A DNA stretch of 64,000 bases, taken from contig VGVZ01000004.1 in assembly GCA_016873805.1 (NCBI GenBank), positions 66,864 through 130,863 of the forward strand, written 5' to 3'. The notes under the pieces are model-generated. The model searched no databases and was not told where the DNA came from. It worked only from the letters and a program-made list of their open reading frames with translations. Source of the DNA: Ignavibacteria bacterium. GTDB taxonomy: Bacteria; Bacteroidota; Ignavibacteria; UBA10030. Below are positions 42,746-53,468 of this stretch, piece after piece; the first letter of the stretch is position 1; every line of letters begins with the position of its first letter. The position numbers and the translations under genes are program-made.

Positions 42746-43413
42746 GGGTCCCTCCGCGATGTGTAAGTGGATGTTATGTTGGATGAATCTAAACTGGATA
42801 GTCCGCCACTTCGGTGGTCGGCAGCCGTCGGGAGGGAAAAAGCGAAGCGCAAATCTGAAGGATCTCGAAAGCCTCTGTGCAACCTACGAGAGGCTTCTGC
42901 CAGAGCCGATTCACCGGGAGGGGGTGTTTCGCTCTTTGCTCGGCCTAAGTTCCGTTTCCTTGTTCTGGGATAAATGTAAAGATGACAGTTCGGATTGTCA
43001 AGCCGTGTGGTGACTTCCATCACATTTCTTGATCAACATTCATGCAACAGCTCCAAAAAGGCAGAAAAAGCCGATCCAAACATCCCCCTTCTATGTGACT
43101 CAAGGGCAGTCGAGCGGTCGTGCCAGTGCCTTGGCGAGGCCCGTCGGGAGGAGGCGCGCGATCCTTATTGTAGGTAGGGATTCAACGGCTTTCGCGGTCG
43201 ATCGCTCCCGAGGAAAACGCCATTCGGCATCATCCCTTTTCGAATTTCACATTGTTGCCTCAGTCGAGATGCATCACTATAATGGGCACGGCGAGAGACT
43301 TTCGATCGTTCTTTCCGTTGTACAGCAGTGGTTTACATCCCGAATACGCTCGCTCAACCGGCGCGACGACTATTCCTACTTCATTCTCAATTCACTCTTC
43401 AGGAGATTCACCC

Positions 43414-46400
43414 ATGATTCAAATCCCCTCCTTCTTGCACCGCGCGGCCATGATGGCAATGCTGTGTGTGTTGTCTGTGTCCCTTGTCAGCGCGCAGATG
43501 GATCCCAAACAATTTTCTCACATCAAAGCGCGGAGTATCGGTCCGGCCGGTATGAGTGGACGAATCGCCAGCATCGATGCCGTTCATTCCAATCCGAATA
43601 TCATTTACGTCGGGGTTTCGATCGGCGGCGTCTGGAAGACTACCAATGGAGGCACGACGTGGAAGGCCCTCTTCGACGATCAACCGGTCTCTGCCGTCGG
43701 GGCTGTCGCCATCGTTCAACAGAATCCGTCGGTGGTGTGGGTAGGAACGGGCGAAGGAAATCCACGCAACAGCGCGAGCGGAGGCAACGGAATCTATCGT
43801 ACGCTCGACGCCGGGGATACCTGGGCGCACATGGGGCTGGACAAAACCGAACGCATCCATCGGATCCTGATTGATCCGTCGAATCCCAATGTCGTCTATG
43901 CCGCGGCGATGGGGCAGATGTGGGGAGAGAACCCAGACCGCGGAGTATACAAGACGACCGATGGCGGAAAGACATGGCGCAAGGTGTTGTACGTGGATGA
44001 GAAGACCGGTTGTGCAGATCTCGTCATGGATCCTCAGAATCCGAACAAACTGATCGCGGCAATGTGGGAGTACCGCCGATGGCCCTGGTTCTTCAAGTCC
44101 GGAGGGCCCGGAAGCGGATTACACGTGACGTACGACGGAGGAGAAACCTGGAAGAAACTCAGCGATGCCGACGGGCTTCCGAAGGGAGAGTTGGGACGAA
44201 TCGGACTGGCGATCGGGGTGAACAATCCCGATGTCGTCTACGCGCTGGTGGAGGCGGAGAAGAATGCGCTGTTGCGTTCCGACGACGGGGGCAAACGATG
44301 GCGAACGGTCAACAATTCCAACAACATCAATCCACGTCCATTCTACTACGCTGATATCTATATCGATCCACAGAATGAAAATCGCCTGTACAGTCTGCAT
44401 ACCAATCTCACTGTCAGCAACGACGGGGGAAGAAGCTTTGCGACGCTTGGCGGCGGGAACCGTATCCACTCCGATCATCATGGGTTCTGGATCAATCCAA
44501 AAGACCCCGCGCATCTGATCGACGGAAGTGATGGCGGAGTATACATCAGCAAAGACTACGGCCGATCGTGGTGGTTCATCGATAACCTGCCGCTCGGTCA
44601 ATTCTATCATATTAATGTCGACAATGAAGTTCCGTACAATATCTACGGCGGAATGCAGGACAATGGATCGTGGAGGGGGCCGAGCAGTGTGTGGGAGAAT
44701 GGGGGAATCCGGAACTGGCACTGGAATGAGGTAGGATTTGGTGATGGATTTGCCACTATAGTAGACCTCTCGGATCCGCTCTACGGCTATGCGATGTCTC
44801 AAGGGGGGAACTTGATGCGATTCAATGTGAAAACGGGAGAACGAAAAGACATCCGTCCGGTTCACCCGGATGGCATCAAACTTCGGTTCAACTGGAACGC
44901 GGGAATCGCTCACGATCCATTCGACGTGAAGACTATCTACTACGGAAGCCAGTTTGTCCACAAAAGTACAGATCGGGGCGAGTCGTGGACGATCATCAGT
45001 CCCGATCTCACCACCGACAACAAAGAGAAACAAAACGCTGAGAAGAGCGGCGGTCTGACGCTTGATGTGACGGCGGCGGAGAATCACTGTTCGATCCTCA
45101 CAGTCGCCCCGAGCGTAATCAACCGAAACGTGATTTGGGTTGGTACCGATGACGGCAATATCCAGCTCACACAGGATGGCGGCAAGACATGGACAAATGT
45201 GGTCGTAAACATCAAAGGTGTGCCGAAGAACACCTGGGTACCGCATATCGAGCCGTCTAAGTTCGACGCAGGATCGGCCTATGTGGTGTTCGATGACCAT
45301 CGACGTAGCAACTGGACGACCTATGTGTTCAAGACGGGCGATTACGGAAAGACGTGGACGAGTCTGACCAAGGACAATCCGTTCGCAGGAACAAACAAGC
45401 TCTGGGGCTACGCGCTGGCGATTGAGCAGGATCCCGTGAAGAAAGATCTGCTCTATCTCGGAACGGAATTCGGTCTGTTCATCAGCTTCAATGACGGACA
45501 GAACTGGATGCACTGGACGAATGGATTTCCGACCGTCTCCACGATGGCGCTCATCGTCCATCCGCGCGATCACGATCTGGTGATCGGCACTCATGGACGG
45601 TCCGCATACATCATCGACGATGTGCGTCCTTTCCGTGCGGTCTCGAAGGAGCTCCTCGACAAGCCGATGCACATGTTCGAAATTCCCCCAACGTACCAGT
45701 ACCAGGTTCGGGCCGGAGACGGGTATCACTTCCCGGGCGATGCGTTCTTCCGCGGAGACAACAAACCGTACGGTGCGACGATCACGTACGCACTCAATCC
45801 GGAAAAGCTTCCCGAGCTCCGTCCACAGCGCGGCGAAGAGGAATCAGGGATGGGTGGAATGGGGGCCGCTATGGGAGGCCAGATGTCGGGAATGATTCAA
45901 TCCTTCATGGCGCAGATGGGAGGCGCAGCCGGAGGAAGGTTCGCGGAGATCGCCGAGCGGATGCGTGACTCGGTTTTTGTGAGAATCGAAATCCTCGACG
46001 AATCCGGAAAGCTCGTTCGCCGATTTAACGGCACGGCGTCGAAAGGCCTCAATCGTGCAACGTGGAATCTCCGGATGGACGGCCCGCGCTATCCTCAGCT
46101 TGGTGGCGCGCAGCGAGAGCAATCGGAGTTCTTCACTCCTCAGGGACCCGAGGTGCTGCCCGGTATCTACACCGCGAAGATCAAATTGGGGAAAGACTCC
46201 GTAGTGCAGAAACTTGAAGTGTTGCCCGATCCGCGAACATCCATCCCGTTGGCTGACAGGAAAGAAAAGCTCGAGCTAATTCAGAGCCTGAGCAAGAAGA
46301 TCTCCGTGGTTACCGAAGCGATCGATCGCATTCAAAAGACGCGGCGGGCGATTGAAGTGGCGTGGGAGTTCGTTCGTGAACGCCGCGATTCCTCTGCCAA

Positions 46401-46743
46401 CGCCGTGAAGCGGATGATCCCCGGCTTGCGGAAGGGACTCACCGACGTCGCGGATAGATTCATGGAGGAACCGAATCGCGTGCAGGGGATGTCGCGCAAC
46501 CCCGAGACAGTCGTCGCGAAGCTCGGCGGGATCGCACGTTCGCTTGGCAGTTCCTGGGACGCCGTCAATGAGACTCAACGAATCAACGCCCGTGCCGCGG
46601 AGAAGGTGCTGGATGAGGCGTTGTCGGAATACAACAAGCTCTTCAGCGAACAGGTCCCGACGTTCCGGAAGAGAGTGGAGGCAGCCGGACTGAACTTCTT
46701 CCCCGAGCTGTCACCCCTTGATGCAAATTGGGAAAAGAAGTAG
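43414..46743 (+). CDS. Large secreted BNR/VPS10 (sortilin-like) beta-propeller glycosyl-hydrolase-like protein
   Basis: RSIGPAGMSGRI, repeated Asp-boxes (T/S)xDGGxTW, GGMQDNG, GTHGRS. Confidence 0.9.
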   Translation: MIQIPSFLHRAAMMAMLCVLSVSLVSAQMDPKQFSHIKARSIGPAGMSGRIASIDAVHSNPNIIYVGVSIGGVWKTTNGGTTWKALFDDQPVSAVGAVAIVQQNPSVVWVGTGEGNPRNSASGGNGIYRTLDAGDTWAHMGLDKTERIHRILIDPSNPNVVYAAAMGQMWGENPDRGVYKTTDGGKTWRKVLYVDEKTGCADLVMDPQNPNKLIAAMWEYRRWPWFFKSGGPGSGLHVTYDGGETWKKLSDADGLPKGELGRIGLAIGVNNPDVVYALVEAEKNALLRSDDGGKRWRTVNNSNNINPRPFYYADIYIDPQNENRLYSLHTNLTVSNDGGRSFATLGGGNRIHSDHHGFWINPKDPAHLIDGSDGGVYISKDYGRSWWFIDNLPLGQFYHINVDNEVPYNIYGGMQDNGSWRGPSSVWENGGIRNWHWNEVGFGDGFATIVDLSDPLYGYAMSQGGNLMRFNVKTGERKDIRPVHPDGIKLRFNWNAGIAHDPFDVKTIYYGSQFVHKSTDRGESWTIISPDLTTDNKEKQNAEKSGGLTLDVTAAENHCSILTVAPSVINRNVIWVGTDDGNIQLTQDGGKTWTNVVVNIKGVPKNTWVPHIEPSKFDAGSAYVVFDDHRRSNWTTYVFKTGDYGKTWTSLTKDNPFAGTNKLWGYALAIEQDPVKKDLLYLGTEFGLFISFNDGQNWMHWTNGFPTVSTMALIVHPRDHDLVIGTHGRSAYIIDDVRPFRAVSKELLDKPMHMFEIPPTYQYQVRAGDGYHFPGDAFFRGDNKPYGATITYALNPEKLPELRPQRGEEESGMGGMGAAMGGQMSGMIQSFMAQMGGAAGGRFAEIAERMRDSVFVRIEILDESGKLVRRFNGTASKGLNRATWNLRMDGPRYPQLGGAQREQSEFFTPQGPEVLPGIYTAKIKLGKDSVVQKLEVLPDPRTSIPLADRKEKLELIQSLSKKISVVTEAIDRIQKTRRAIEVAWEFVRERRDSSANAVKRMIPGLRKGLTDVADRFMEEPNRVQGMSRNPETVVAKLGGIARSLGSSWDAVNETQRINARAAEKVLDEALSEYNKLFSEQVPTFRKRVEAAGLNFFPELSPLDANWEKK

Positions 46744-46974
46744 CTTGCACGTCACGCCGAGCAATGATGTGAATTCACTTCGGCCGAAAAAATGAAGTAA
46801 CGGCGCGCTGTCGGGGCTTCCGTTTCTCAGAATCATTCGTGCTGTCGATTCAGAGCAACGAAAGTCCCGACAACATATGTACGCCCAGCCGTCAACTTCC
46901 CCAACCATTCAGTCGTTCAGCAATCTGATGACATATTTCGTATCGCCTTCTCACTTGAGTCCCAGGAGGATTAT

Positions 46975-49900
46975 ATGGATGCGAACCGGCGTCACCAGCG
47001 AGCGGTTCTTTTCCACGGTTTCAGGTATTGGCTCCTTGCTGCACTGGTGCTTGGAGCCTCACCTCTCGCAACGGGCCAGCAGAAGAGTATCAAGTATGGC
47101 ACATTCCTCTACAAGTCAATGCAATGGCGCGAAATCGGCCCCTTCAGAGGTGGGCGTTCAATCGCAGTCGCCGGACACAAGGACCAGAAGTACACCTACT
47201 ATTTCGGCGCAACCGGAGGCGGCATCTGGAAAACCGAAGATGGAGGAGCGACGTGGCTCAATGTTTCAGATGGATACCTGAACGTGGGGGTTGTGGGAGC
47301 GCTGGAAGTCGCCGAATCGGATCCAAACGTGATTTATGCCGGCACCGGTGAATCGTGTATCCGCGGAAATGTCATGCCCGGTGAAGGGGTGTACAAATCA
47401 ATGGACGCAGGAAAGAGCTGGGAGTTCATCGGACTCGGACAGGCGCAAACGATCAGCCGCGTGCGCGTTCATCCGAAGGATGCAAATGTTGTCTACGTTG
47501 CCGCGCTGGGACACGTGTTTGGAGAGAATCCGGAGCGCGGCATTTACCGCTCGTTGGATGGAGGAAGGAACTGGAAGAAGATTCTGTACAAAGATGACAA
47601 GACCGGCGCGGCGGATCTGGTTATCGATCCGTTCAACCCGCGCGTTCTCTATGCATCTCTCTGGGAAGCGATCCGAACTCCGTGGAGCATGTCGAGCGGC
47701 GGACCCGGAAGCGGTCTCTGGAAGTCAACGGATGGCGGCGACACATGGAGGGAACTTACAAACAATCCCGGCATGCCGAAGGGACTACAAGGACGCATTG
47801 GTGTCGCTGCCTCGGGGGCCCGGAGTGACCTCGTGTGGGCAATGGTGGAAGCCGAAGATGGAGGATTGTATCGCTCGAACGATGGAGGAAAAAACTGGCG
47901 TCGGGTGAACGATGATCGACGGCTTCGTCAGCGTGCCTGGTACTATTCTCACGTCTATGCAGATCCAAGAAATCCTGAGACGGTGTACATCCTCAATGTT
48001 GGCTTTCACAAGTCCATCGACGGCGGCCGGACGCTCACGACAATATCTGCGCCTCACGGAGATCATCACGATCTCTGGATCGATCCCACCGATCCTCTTC
48101 GCATGGTCAACGCAAACGATGGAGGCGCCAATGTGTCCTACAACGGCGGCTTGACTTGGTCAGAGCAAGATCTCGCGACCGCGCAGTTCTACGGCGTCAC
48201 CCTCGATGATCAATTCCCTTACAAAGTCTATGGTGCTCAACAAGACAACAGCACCATCGGTATTGCGAGCCGCACGACCAGCTTCGGCATCGATCGTTTC
48301 CACTGGCATGCGGTCGGCGGAGGCGAAAGCGGATACATTGCGGTGAATCGAGAAGATCCAAACATCGTCTATGCCGGCAGCTACGGGGGGCTGCTGACAC
48401 GATATGATCATCGCACCGGGGAAACGGAAAACATCACCGTATGGCCCGACAATCCTATGGGGGCGGGCGTGGAAGCGATGAAATACCGGTTTCAATGGAC
48501 ATATCCCATCATCACCACCCCTCACGATTCGAAGACTATCTATGTTGCGGGAAATCACCTTTTCAAATCCACAAACGAGGGAAAGCGCTGGGACATCCTG
48601 AGTCCCGATCTCACCCGGAACGACAAATCGAAGATGGGATCGTCGGGCGGACCGATCACAAAGGATAACACGAGTGTCGAGTATTACGGAACAATCTTCA
48701 CCGTCGCGGAATCGCCGATGAATGCCGACGTTCTCTGGACCGGTTCGGATGATGGATTGATCCATCTGACACGGGATGGAGGAACGTCGTGGGTGAACGT
48801 GACGCCGAAGGACCTGCCGGAATGGTCTCTCATCAGTATCATCGAGGCGTCGCCGCACGATCCAGGGACAGCATACTTCGCGGCAACGCGATACAAGCTG
48901 AACGACTTCAGGCCATTCATCTACAAAACCGGCGACTTCGGCAAGACGTGGAAGAAGATCGTGAATGGAATTCCCGAGTTCGAGTTCACGCGTGCGGTGC
49001 GCGAAGATCCTCATCGCAAGGGATTGCTCTACGCCGGCACGGAGCGGGGCATGTGGGTGTCGTTCGATGACGGAACAACATGGCAAACGCTCCAGCTCAA
49101 TCTTCCCATCGTGCCCATTCACGGTATCGCAATTCAAGCGCGCGAGAAAGATCTTGTCGTTGCCACACACGGCCGGTCGTTCTGGATTCTTGACGACCTG
49201 ACTCCGTTGCATCAGCTGTCGGATGAGATCGCCAGATCGGAGATGAATCTCTTCACGCCTCGTCATACGTATCGTATGCGGGGGGGAAGTTTCTCGAGAC
49301 CCGGCGTCTCTGTCGGCAAGAACCCTCCATCCGGAGTAGTGGTAAGCTACTCGTTCCGCCAGAGACCGAAGGAGGAGGTGAAGCTCGAATTCCTTGACGC
49401 GAAAGGATCACTGATCAAATCGTACTCCTCGAGAGTATCGCGGGAAGAGGCGGGACAATCACGTGAAGGGATGGAAGAATTCTTCGGAGGTGGCGGAGGC
49501 GCTCAACGAGTGAGTGCCGATTCAGGAATGAATCGATTCGTTTGGGACATGCGCTATGAGGACGCGACGAGTGTGCCAGGCGGTTTGATGTGGGCGGGAA
49601 CCACGAGGGGACCTCTCGCGCTTCCCGGGACATATCAGGTTCGGCTCACCGTTGGTGAGAAGAGCCAGACCCGGCAATTCGAGATCAAGCTTGATCCGCG
49701 TTCGCGTGCGACGGAGGGCGAATTGGTAGAACAGTTCGATTTCCTGATCAAGATTCGTGACCGCGTCAGCAAGGCGCATGAGGCGGTGAATACGATTCGG
49801 GAGATCCGGAAGCAGCTCCAGGATCTCAATCAGCGCATCAAAGGACATCCGCAGGAAAAAGCGGTCCTTGCGGCGACGAAATCGCTGGACGACAAGATGA

Positions 49901-50193
49901 CGCCGGTGGAAGAAGAGATCATTCAGGTGAAGATCAGAAGCAGTCAGGATGCATTGAACTATCCGATCAAGCTCAACAACAAGATTGCTGCGCTCACGGG
50001 CGTGGTCTCTGCGGCCGATGCGGCTCCGACCAAGCAATCGTATGATGTTTTCAACGAATTATCCCAACAACTCGAGGATCAGCTTGTGAAGTTTCGCGTC
50101 TTGCTCAAGAATGATCTTCCCCAGCTGAATGAAACAATCAAGAGCCAAGATGTGCCGGCAATCCTATTGAAACCGGCGGAGAAACCGAATTGA
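46975..50193 (+). CDS. Second BNR/VPS10 beta-propeller paralog
   Basis: WREIGPFRGGRS, Asp-boxes, HGDHHDLWIDP, GAQQDNS, ATHGRS. Confidence 0.9.
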   Translation: MDANRRHQRAVLFHGFRYWLLAALVLGASPLATGQQKSIKYGTFLYKSMQWREIGPFRGGRSIAVAGHKDQKYTYYFGATGGGIWKTEDGGATWLNVSDGYLNVGVVGALEVAESDPNVIYAGTGESCIRGNVMPGEGVYKSMDAGKSWEFIGLGQAQTISRVRVHPKDANVVYVAALGHVFGENPERGIYRSLDGGRNWKKILYKDDKTGAADLVIDPFNPRVLYASLWEAIRTPWSMSSGGPGSGLWKSTDGGDTWRELTNNPGMPKGLQGRIGVAASGARSDLVWAMVEAEDGGLYRSNDGGKNWRRVNDDRRLRQRAWYYSHVYADPRNPETVYILNVGFHKSIDGGRTLTTISAPHGDHHDLWIDPTDPLRMVNANDGGANVSYNGGLTWSEQDLATAQFYGVTLDDQFPYKVYGAQQDNSTIGIASRTTSFGIDRFHWHAVGGGESGYIAVNREDPNIVYAGSYGGLLTRYDHRTGETENITVWPDNPMGAGVEAMKYRFQWTYPIITTPHDSKTIYVAGNHLFKSTNEGKRWDILSPDLTRNDKSKMGSSGGPITKDNTSVEYYGTIFTVAESPMNADVLWTGSDDGLIHLTRDGGTSWVNVTPKDLPEWSLISIIEASPHDPGTAYFAATRYKLNDFRPFIYKTGDFGKTWKKIVNGIPEFEFTRAVREDPHRKGLLYAGTERGMWVSFDDGTTWQTLQLNLPIVPIHGIAIQAREKDLVVATHGRSFWILDDLTPLHQLSDEIARSEMNLFTPRHTYRMRGGSFSRPGVSVGKNPPSGVVVSYSFRQRPKEEVKLEFLDAKGSLIKSYSSRVSREEAGQSREGMEEFFGGGGGAQRVSADSGMNRFVWDMRYEDATSVPGGLMWAGTTRGPLALPGTYQVRLTVGEKSQTRQFEIKLDPRSRATEGELVEQFDFLIKIRDRVSKAHEAVNTIREIRKQLQDLNQRIKGHPQEKAVLAATKSLDDKMTPVEEEIIQVKIRSSQDALNYPIKLNNKIAALTGVVSAADAAPTKQSYDVFNELSQQLEDQLVKFRVLLKNDLPQLNETIKSQDVPAILLKPAEKPN

Positions 50194-50255
50194 CGGCATC
50201 CCGAAGTTCCGTCGATTCCCTCGGCCAGTGATAATCGTTACGCCGTGATGAAGAA

Positions 50256-50372
50256 GGAAACCACTGAGGACGCGAAGGAACGCAGAGAGGGAAACAGAAC
50301 CGGCATCCTACGTTTTGCGACCTCCGCGTATCTCTGCGTCCTCCCTGCCTGCTGCAGGCAGGCGCGGTTCCC
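50256..50372. repeat. Imperfect intergenic inverted-repeat element with a nested 19 bp palindrome
   Basis: GAGGACGC..ACGCAGAG left arm versus CTCCGCGT..CTCTGCGTCCTC right arm; CCTGCCTGC-T-GCAGGCAGG at 50344-50362. Confidence 0.65.
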
Positions 50373-50413
50373 CTTCTCCACAGGAATCTGCCTCCGACAC
50401 TGAAAGATAATCT

Positions 50414-52516
50414 ATGAAATGGATATTTCTGCTCTGCCTGGTCGTCGTTTTTCCATCCTTCGCCCAGGATCAGGCACCGAACTCCTCTGACACGCTGAAG
50501 ATCTACTATCTCGATGAGGTACTTGTTGTCGGTGCGCGTGGAGGTGGTGAAACTCTAAGAGTCCCGATGGCTGTTGGGGTCATAACACGTCCGGAACTCG
50601 CAAGCATCAGGCAGGTTGGATTGAACGAGGCACTCCGGTACATCCCAGGCGTCCTCGCGCAGAGCAAATCGGGGGGACAGGATGTGCGACTGACGATTCG
50701 CGGGTTCGGAGCTCGAGGCAACGGCGATCGGTCCAATGCCGCTACCATTCGCGGCATCAAAGTGCTGGTGGATGGGATTCCGGAATCGGATCCGGATGGT
50801 CGGACAGCCCTCGACTTCATCGATCTCTCAATGACGTCTCGCATCGAAGTGATCAGGACCAATGTCTCCAACCTGTTCGGAAACGCATCGGGGGGGATTG
50901 TCAATCTGGAGACGTTTGGATCTGTTGCTGAACCGATGCTCGTGAGTCGGAACCTCTTTGGCTCGTACGGTCTTCGGAAGAACGCTCTTTTATTTGGGAC
51001 CCCCTTCTCCTCGGGCGATCTGGCAGTTTCACTCTCCAATTCGGCGTTCGAGGGGTGGAGGCGAAACAGTTCGAGCACATCGATCCACCTCCACACCAGC
51101 ATCGGTCTGAAACCGGACGCTCATACGTCACTGCGGTTCTTTGCCGGTGGCACGGACAACACATTTCACATCCCGGGCCCTCTGACGGAATCTGAATATT
51201 CAGCAGACGCACAGCAGGCTCATCCGCTCTATCTCGCGCGACGAGAGAGACGAGAAAACCAGATTGCGCGATTTGCGCTCAAGGTGGATCGAACGCTGGG
51301 CGATCGGTCCGGTGTGAATGCGGTTGCATATTACATGCCGAAGGTGCTTGCTCGATCGGAGCGGAATACCTATCGCGATTTCAATCGCTACCATACGGGC
51401 ATTGGAATCACCTATCAGTGGAGCGACGGGGAGATGGCGTGGAATCCGCGGGTGCTGATGGGAGGCGATATTGCTTATCAGGATGGAACAATTCTCTTCT
51501 ATGGTCTGAAGAACGGTGAACGGGGAGATTCACTGAGAACGAACAAGCGCGAAGGGGCGGGGACATTCGGTACGTTTGTGCAGGGAAGCTTCGACCTGTT
51601 TGAGCATGGAACGCTCGTCGCCGGAGCGCGCTACGACTGGCAGGACTATCGGAGTCAACTCTATCCGGCCGGGGTCACACGGACGAACACGGTCGAGCGA
51701 CTGACGATGACTCACGTCACGCCCCGCGTGGCGTTGATGATTCGCCTTTCACCGTCGCGCACACTCTATGCAAGTCTGAGCGGTGGAGTCGAAGCTCCGG
51801 CATTCAATGAAATCGACCCTCCCCCCGATGTGAAGGCGATCGAACTGAATCCGCTTCTGAAACCCATGACGTCCACGACATATGAGATTGGATTCAAAGG
51901 CATCGAGTTTCTCGAGGGGGAGGAGATGGGGGGCAGCGTGAGCTATTCGATTGCGTTGTACGCCATCCGGGTGAAGAATGAAATCGTCCCGTTTGATGGG
52001 GGAAGCTGGTTCTTTTCCGTTGGATCTTCAACGCGACAAGGGGGAGAATGCGGCGTAGAGATCGACTTGCGGAACGGATTGTCGTTTCGGAGCGCGCTTA
52101 CGGTACTGGAAGCAAAATACACATCGTACCAGAACGAGCTGGGCGATTTCCAGGGACATGAAGTTCCAGGAATTCCACTGGTGAATGCGCAGGCGAGGGT
52201 GCGATATCGGAAGTCAGGTTTCAGCGTGGAGCTGTCGGCAGAGCACGTGGGGCGCTCGTTTGCCGACGATGCAAACATGCTCGATGTCCCTTCCTCGCTC
52301 GTCTTGAACGGAGCGGGATCGTGGTGGTTTCGGATTGGTCCACTCAAAACACAATTTGTTCTTGGCGTCCAGAACCTGACGGATGAAAAGTACATTTCCT
52401 CCTCCTTCATCAATCCAACGAGAAGAATTGTCGATGGAATGGTGTTGCCGGCATACATTGAGGCGGGACTTCCGAGAAATGTTTACCTCGGGTTGGACGT
52501 GGAGATGGAACTGTAA
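50414..52516 (+). CDS. TonB-dependent outer-membrane receptor
   Basis: LDEVLVVG TonB box, IRGFG, LVDGIP, RIEVIR, GGIVN, QNLTDEKY, PRNVYLG. Confidence 0.92.
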   Translation: MKWIFLLCLVVVFPSFAQDQAPNSSDTLKIYYLDEVLVVGARGGGETLRVPMAVGVITRPELASIRQVGLNEALRYIPGVLAQSKSGGQDVRLTIRGFGARGNGDRSNAATIRGIKVLVDGIPESDPDGRTALDFIDLSMTSRIEVIRTNVSNLFGNASGGIVNLETFGSVAEPMLVSRNLFGSYGLRKNALLFGTPFSSGDLAVSLSNSAFEGWRRNSSSTSIHLHTSIGLKPDAHTSLRFFAGGTDNTFHIPGPLTESEYSADAQQAHPLYLARRERRENQIARFALKVDRTLGDRSGVNAVAYYMPKVLARSERNTYRDFNRYHTGIGITYQWSDGEMAWNPRVLMGGDIAYQDGTILFYGLKNGERGDSLRTNKREGAGTFGTFVQGSFDLFEHGTLVAGARYDWQDYRSQLYPAGVTRTNTVERLTMTHVTPRVALMIRLSPSRTLYASLSGGVEAPAFNEIDPPPDVKAIELNPLLKPMTSTTYEIGFKGIEFLEGEEMGGSVSYSIALYAIRVKNEIVPFDGGSWFFSVGSSTRQGGECGVEIDLRNGLSFRSALTVLEAKYTSYQNELGDFQGHEVPGIPLVNAQARVRYRKSGFSVELSAEHVGRSFADDANMLDVPSSLVLNGAGSWWFRIGPLKTQFVLGVQNLTDEKYISSSFINPTRRIVDGMVLPAYIEAGLPRNVYLGLDVEMEL

Positions 52517-52780
52517 TCTGCAATCTGGATACCGATTTCAAATACGGAGAGATTGTCGTGAAAAAGCAAATCGACTGGCGAAATCATTCTTGTTGTGGAA
52601 TACTACACACTGCTCCAGAATATTGAGGATTCCGGAAGAACGATCGAGATAAATGAGCATCTCAAGAAGAGCCTTGCGCGAAAAGTGAAGCAAACGATTC
52701 GAGTGTACAACGGAATGCGATGGACCGCGTGACGGCACTGCTGTTCTCGGGAAGAACTTGAACAAACGACCACGGAGAGA

Positions 52781-53464
52781 ATGAAAGGAGCGATTAATTT
52801 GAGAGCATGGATCGTCGGAGGCATGGTGACCGTCCTCCTGGGGTGTCTTATGGTTCCGGCCCATCGTACTCATGCGCAAGAACGTTCAACGGTCGCGAAC
52901 CTCGATGAAACCGTAAAAACATTTCTTGAGCGCCGCGAGGGGACATGGAGGGATATGAACGTTCCAGCGAGTGATGGAAAGATCCTTTATGATCTGATCG
53001 TGAAAAACAAGTACACCAAGGCGCTGGAGATCGGCACTTCCACCGGACACTCAGCGATCTGGATCGCGTGGGCTCTCAGCAAGACCGGGGGGAAGCTCAT
53101 CACGATCGAGATCGATAAATCCCGATACAATGAAGCGCTGGCGAATTTCAAAGAGGCCGGTCTCGCCGGCTACATCGACGCACGACTTGCCGATGCCCAT
53201 GATCTGGTACCCAAGCTCGAGGGGCCGTTCGATTTTGTTTTCTGCGATGCGGACAAGGATTGGTACAAGAACTATTTCGTGGCCGTGGAGCCAAAGCTCG
53301 AAATCGGAGGATGTTACACTGCGCACAATGTTTCCGGCCGCGGAGGCATGCGAGGCACTGCTGAATTCTACAGCTATGTGCGAAGTCTGACACATTTCGA
53401 AACTTCGCTCGACCGGACAAGCCGGTCAGGGCTCTCCATAAGCTTCAAGAAATCGGCGAAGTAG
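52781..53464 (+). CDS. Class I SAM-dependent O-methyltransferase with a signal-like N-terminus
   Basis: ALEIGTSTGHS, ITIEID, FDFVFCDADK, AHNV. Confidence 0.88.
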   Translation: MKGAINLRAWIVGGMVTVLLGCLMVPAHRTHAQERSTVANLDETVKTFLERREGTWRDMNVPASDGKILYDLIVKNKYTKALEIGTSTGHSAIWIAWALSKTGGKLITIEIDKSRYNEALANFKEAGLAGYIDARLADAHDLVPKLEGPFDFVFCDADKDWYKNYFVAVEPKLEIGGCYTAHNVSGRGGMRGTAEFYSYVRSLTHFETSLDRTSRSGLSISFKKSAK

Positions 53465-53468
53465 GTCT

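Noticed and set aside
42746-43413. Riboswitch in the long intergenic region
   Set aside because: There is a hairpin (AAGCCTCT/AGAGGCTT) but no consensus I could match; an Rfam scan would be needed.
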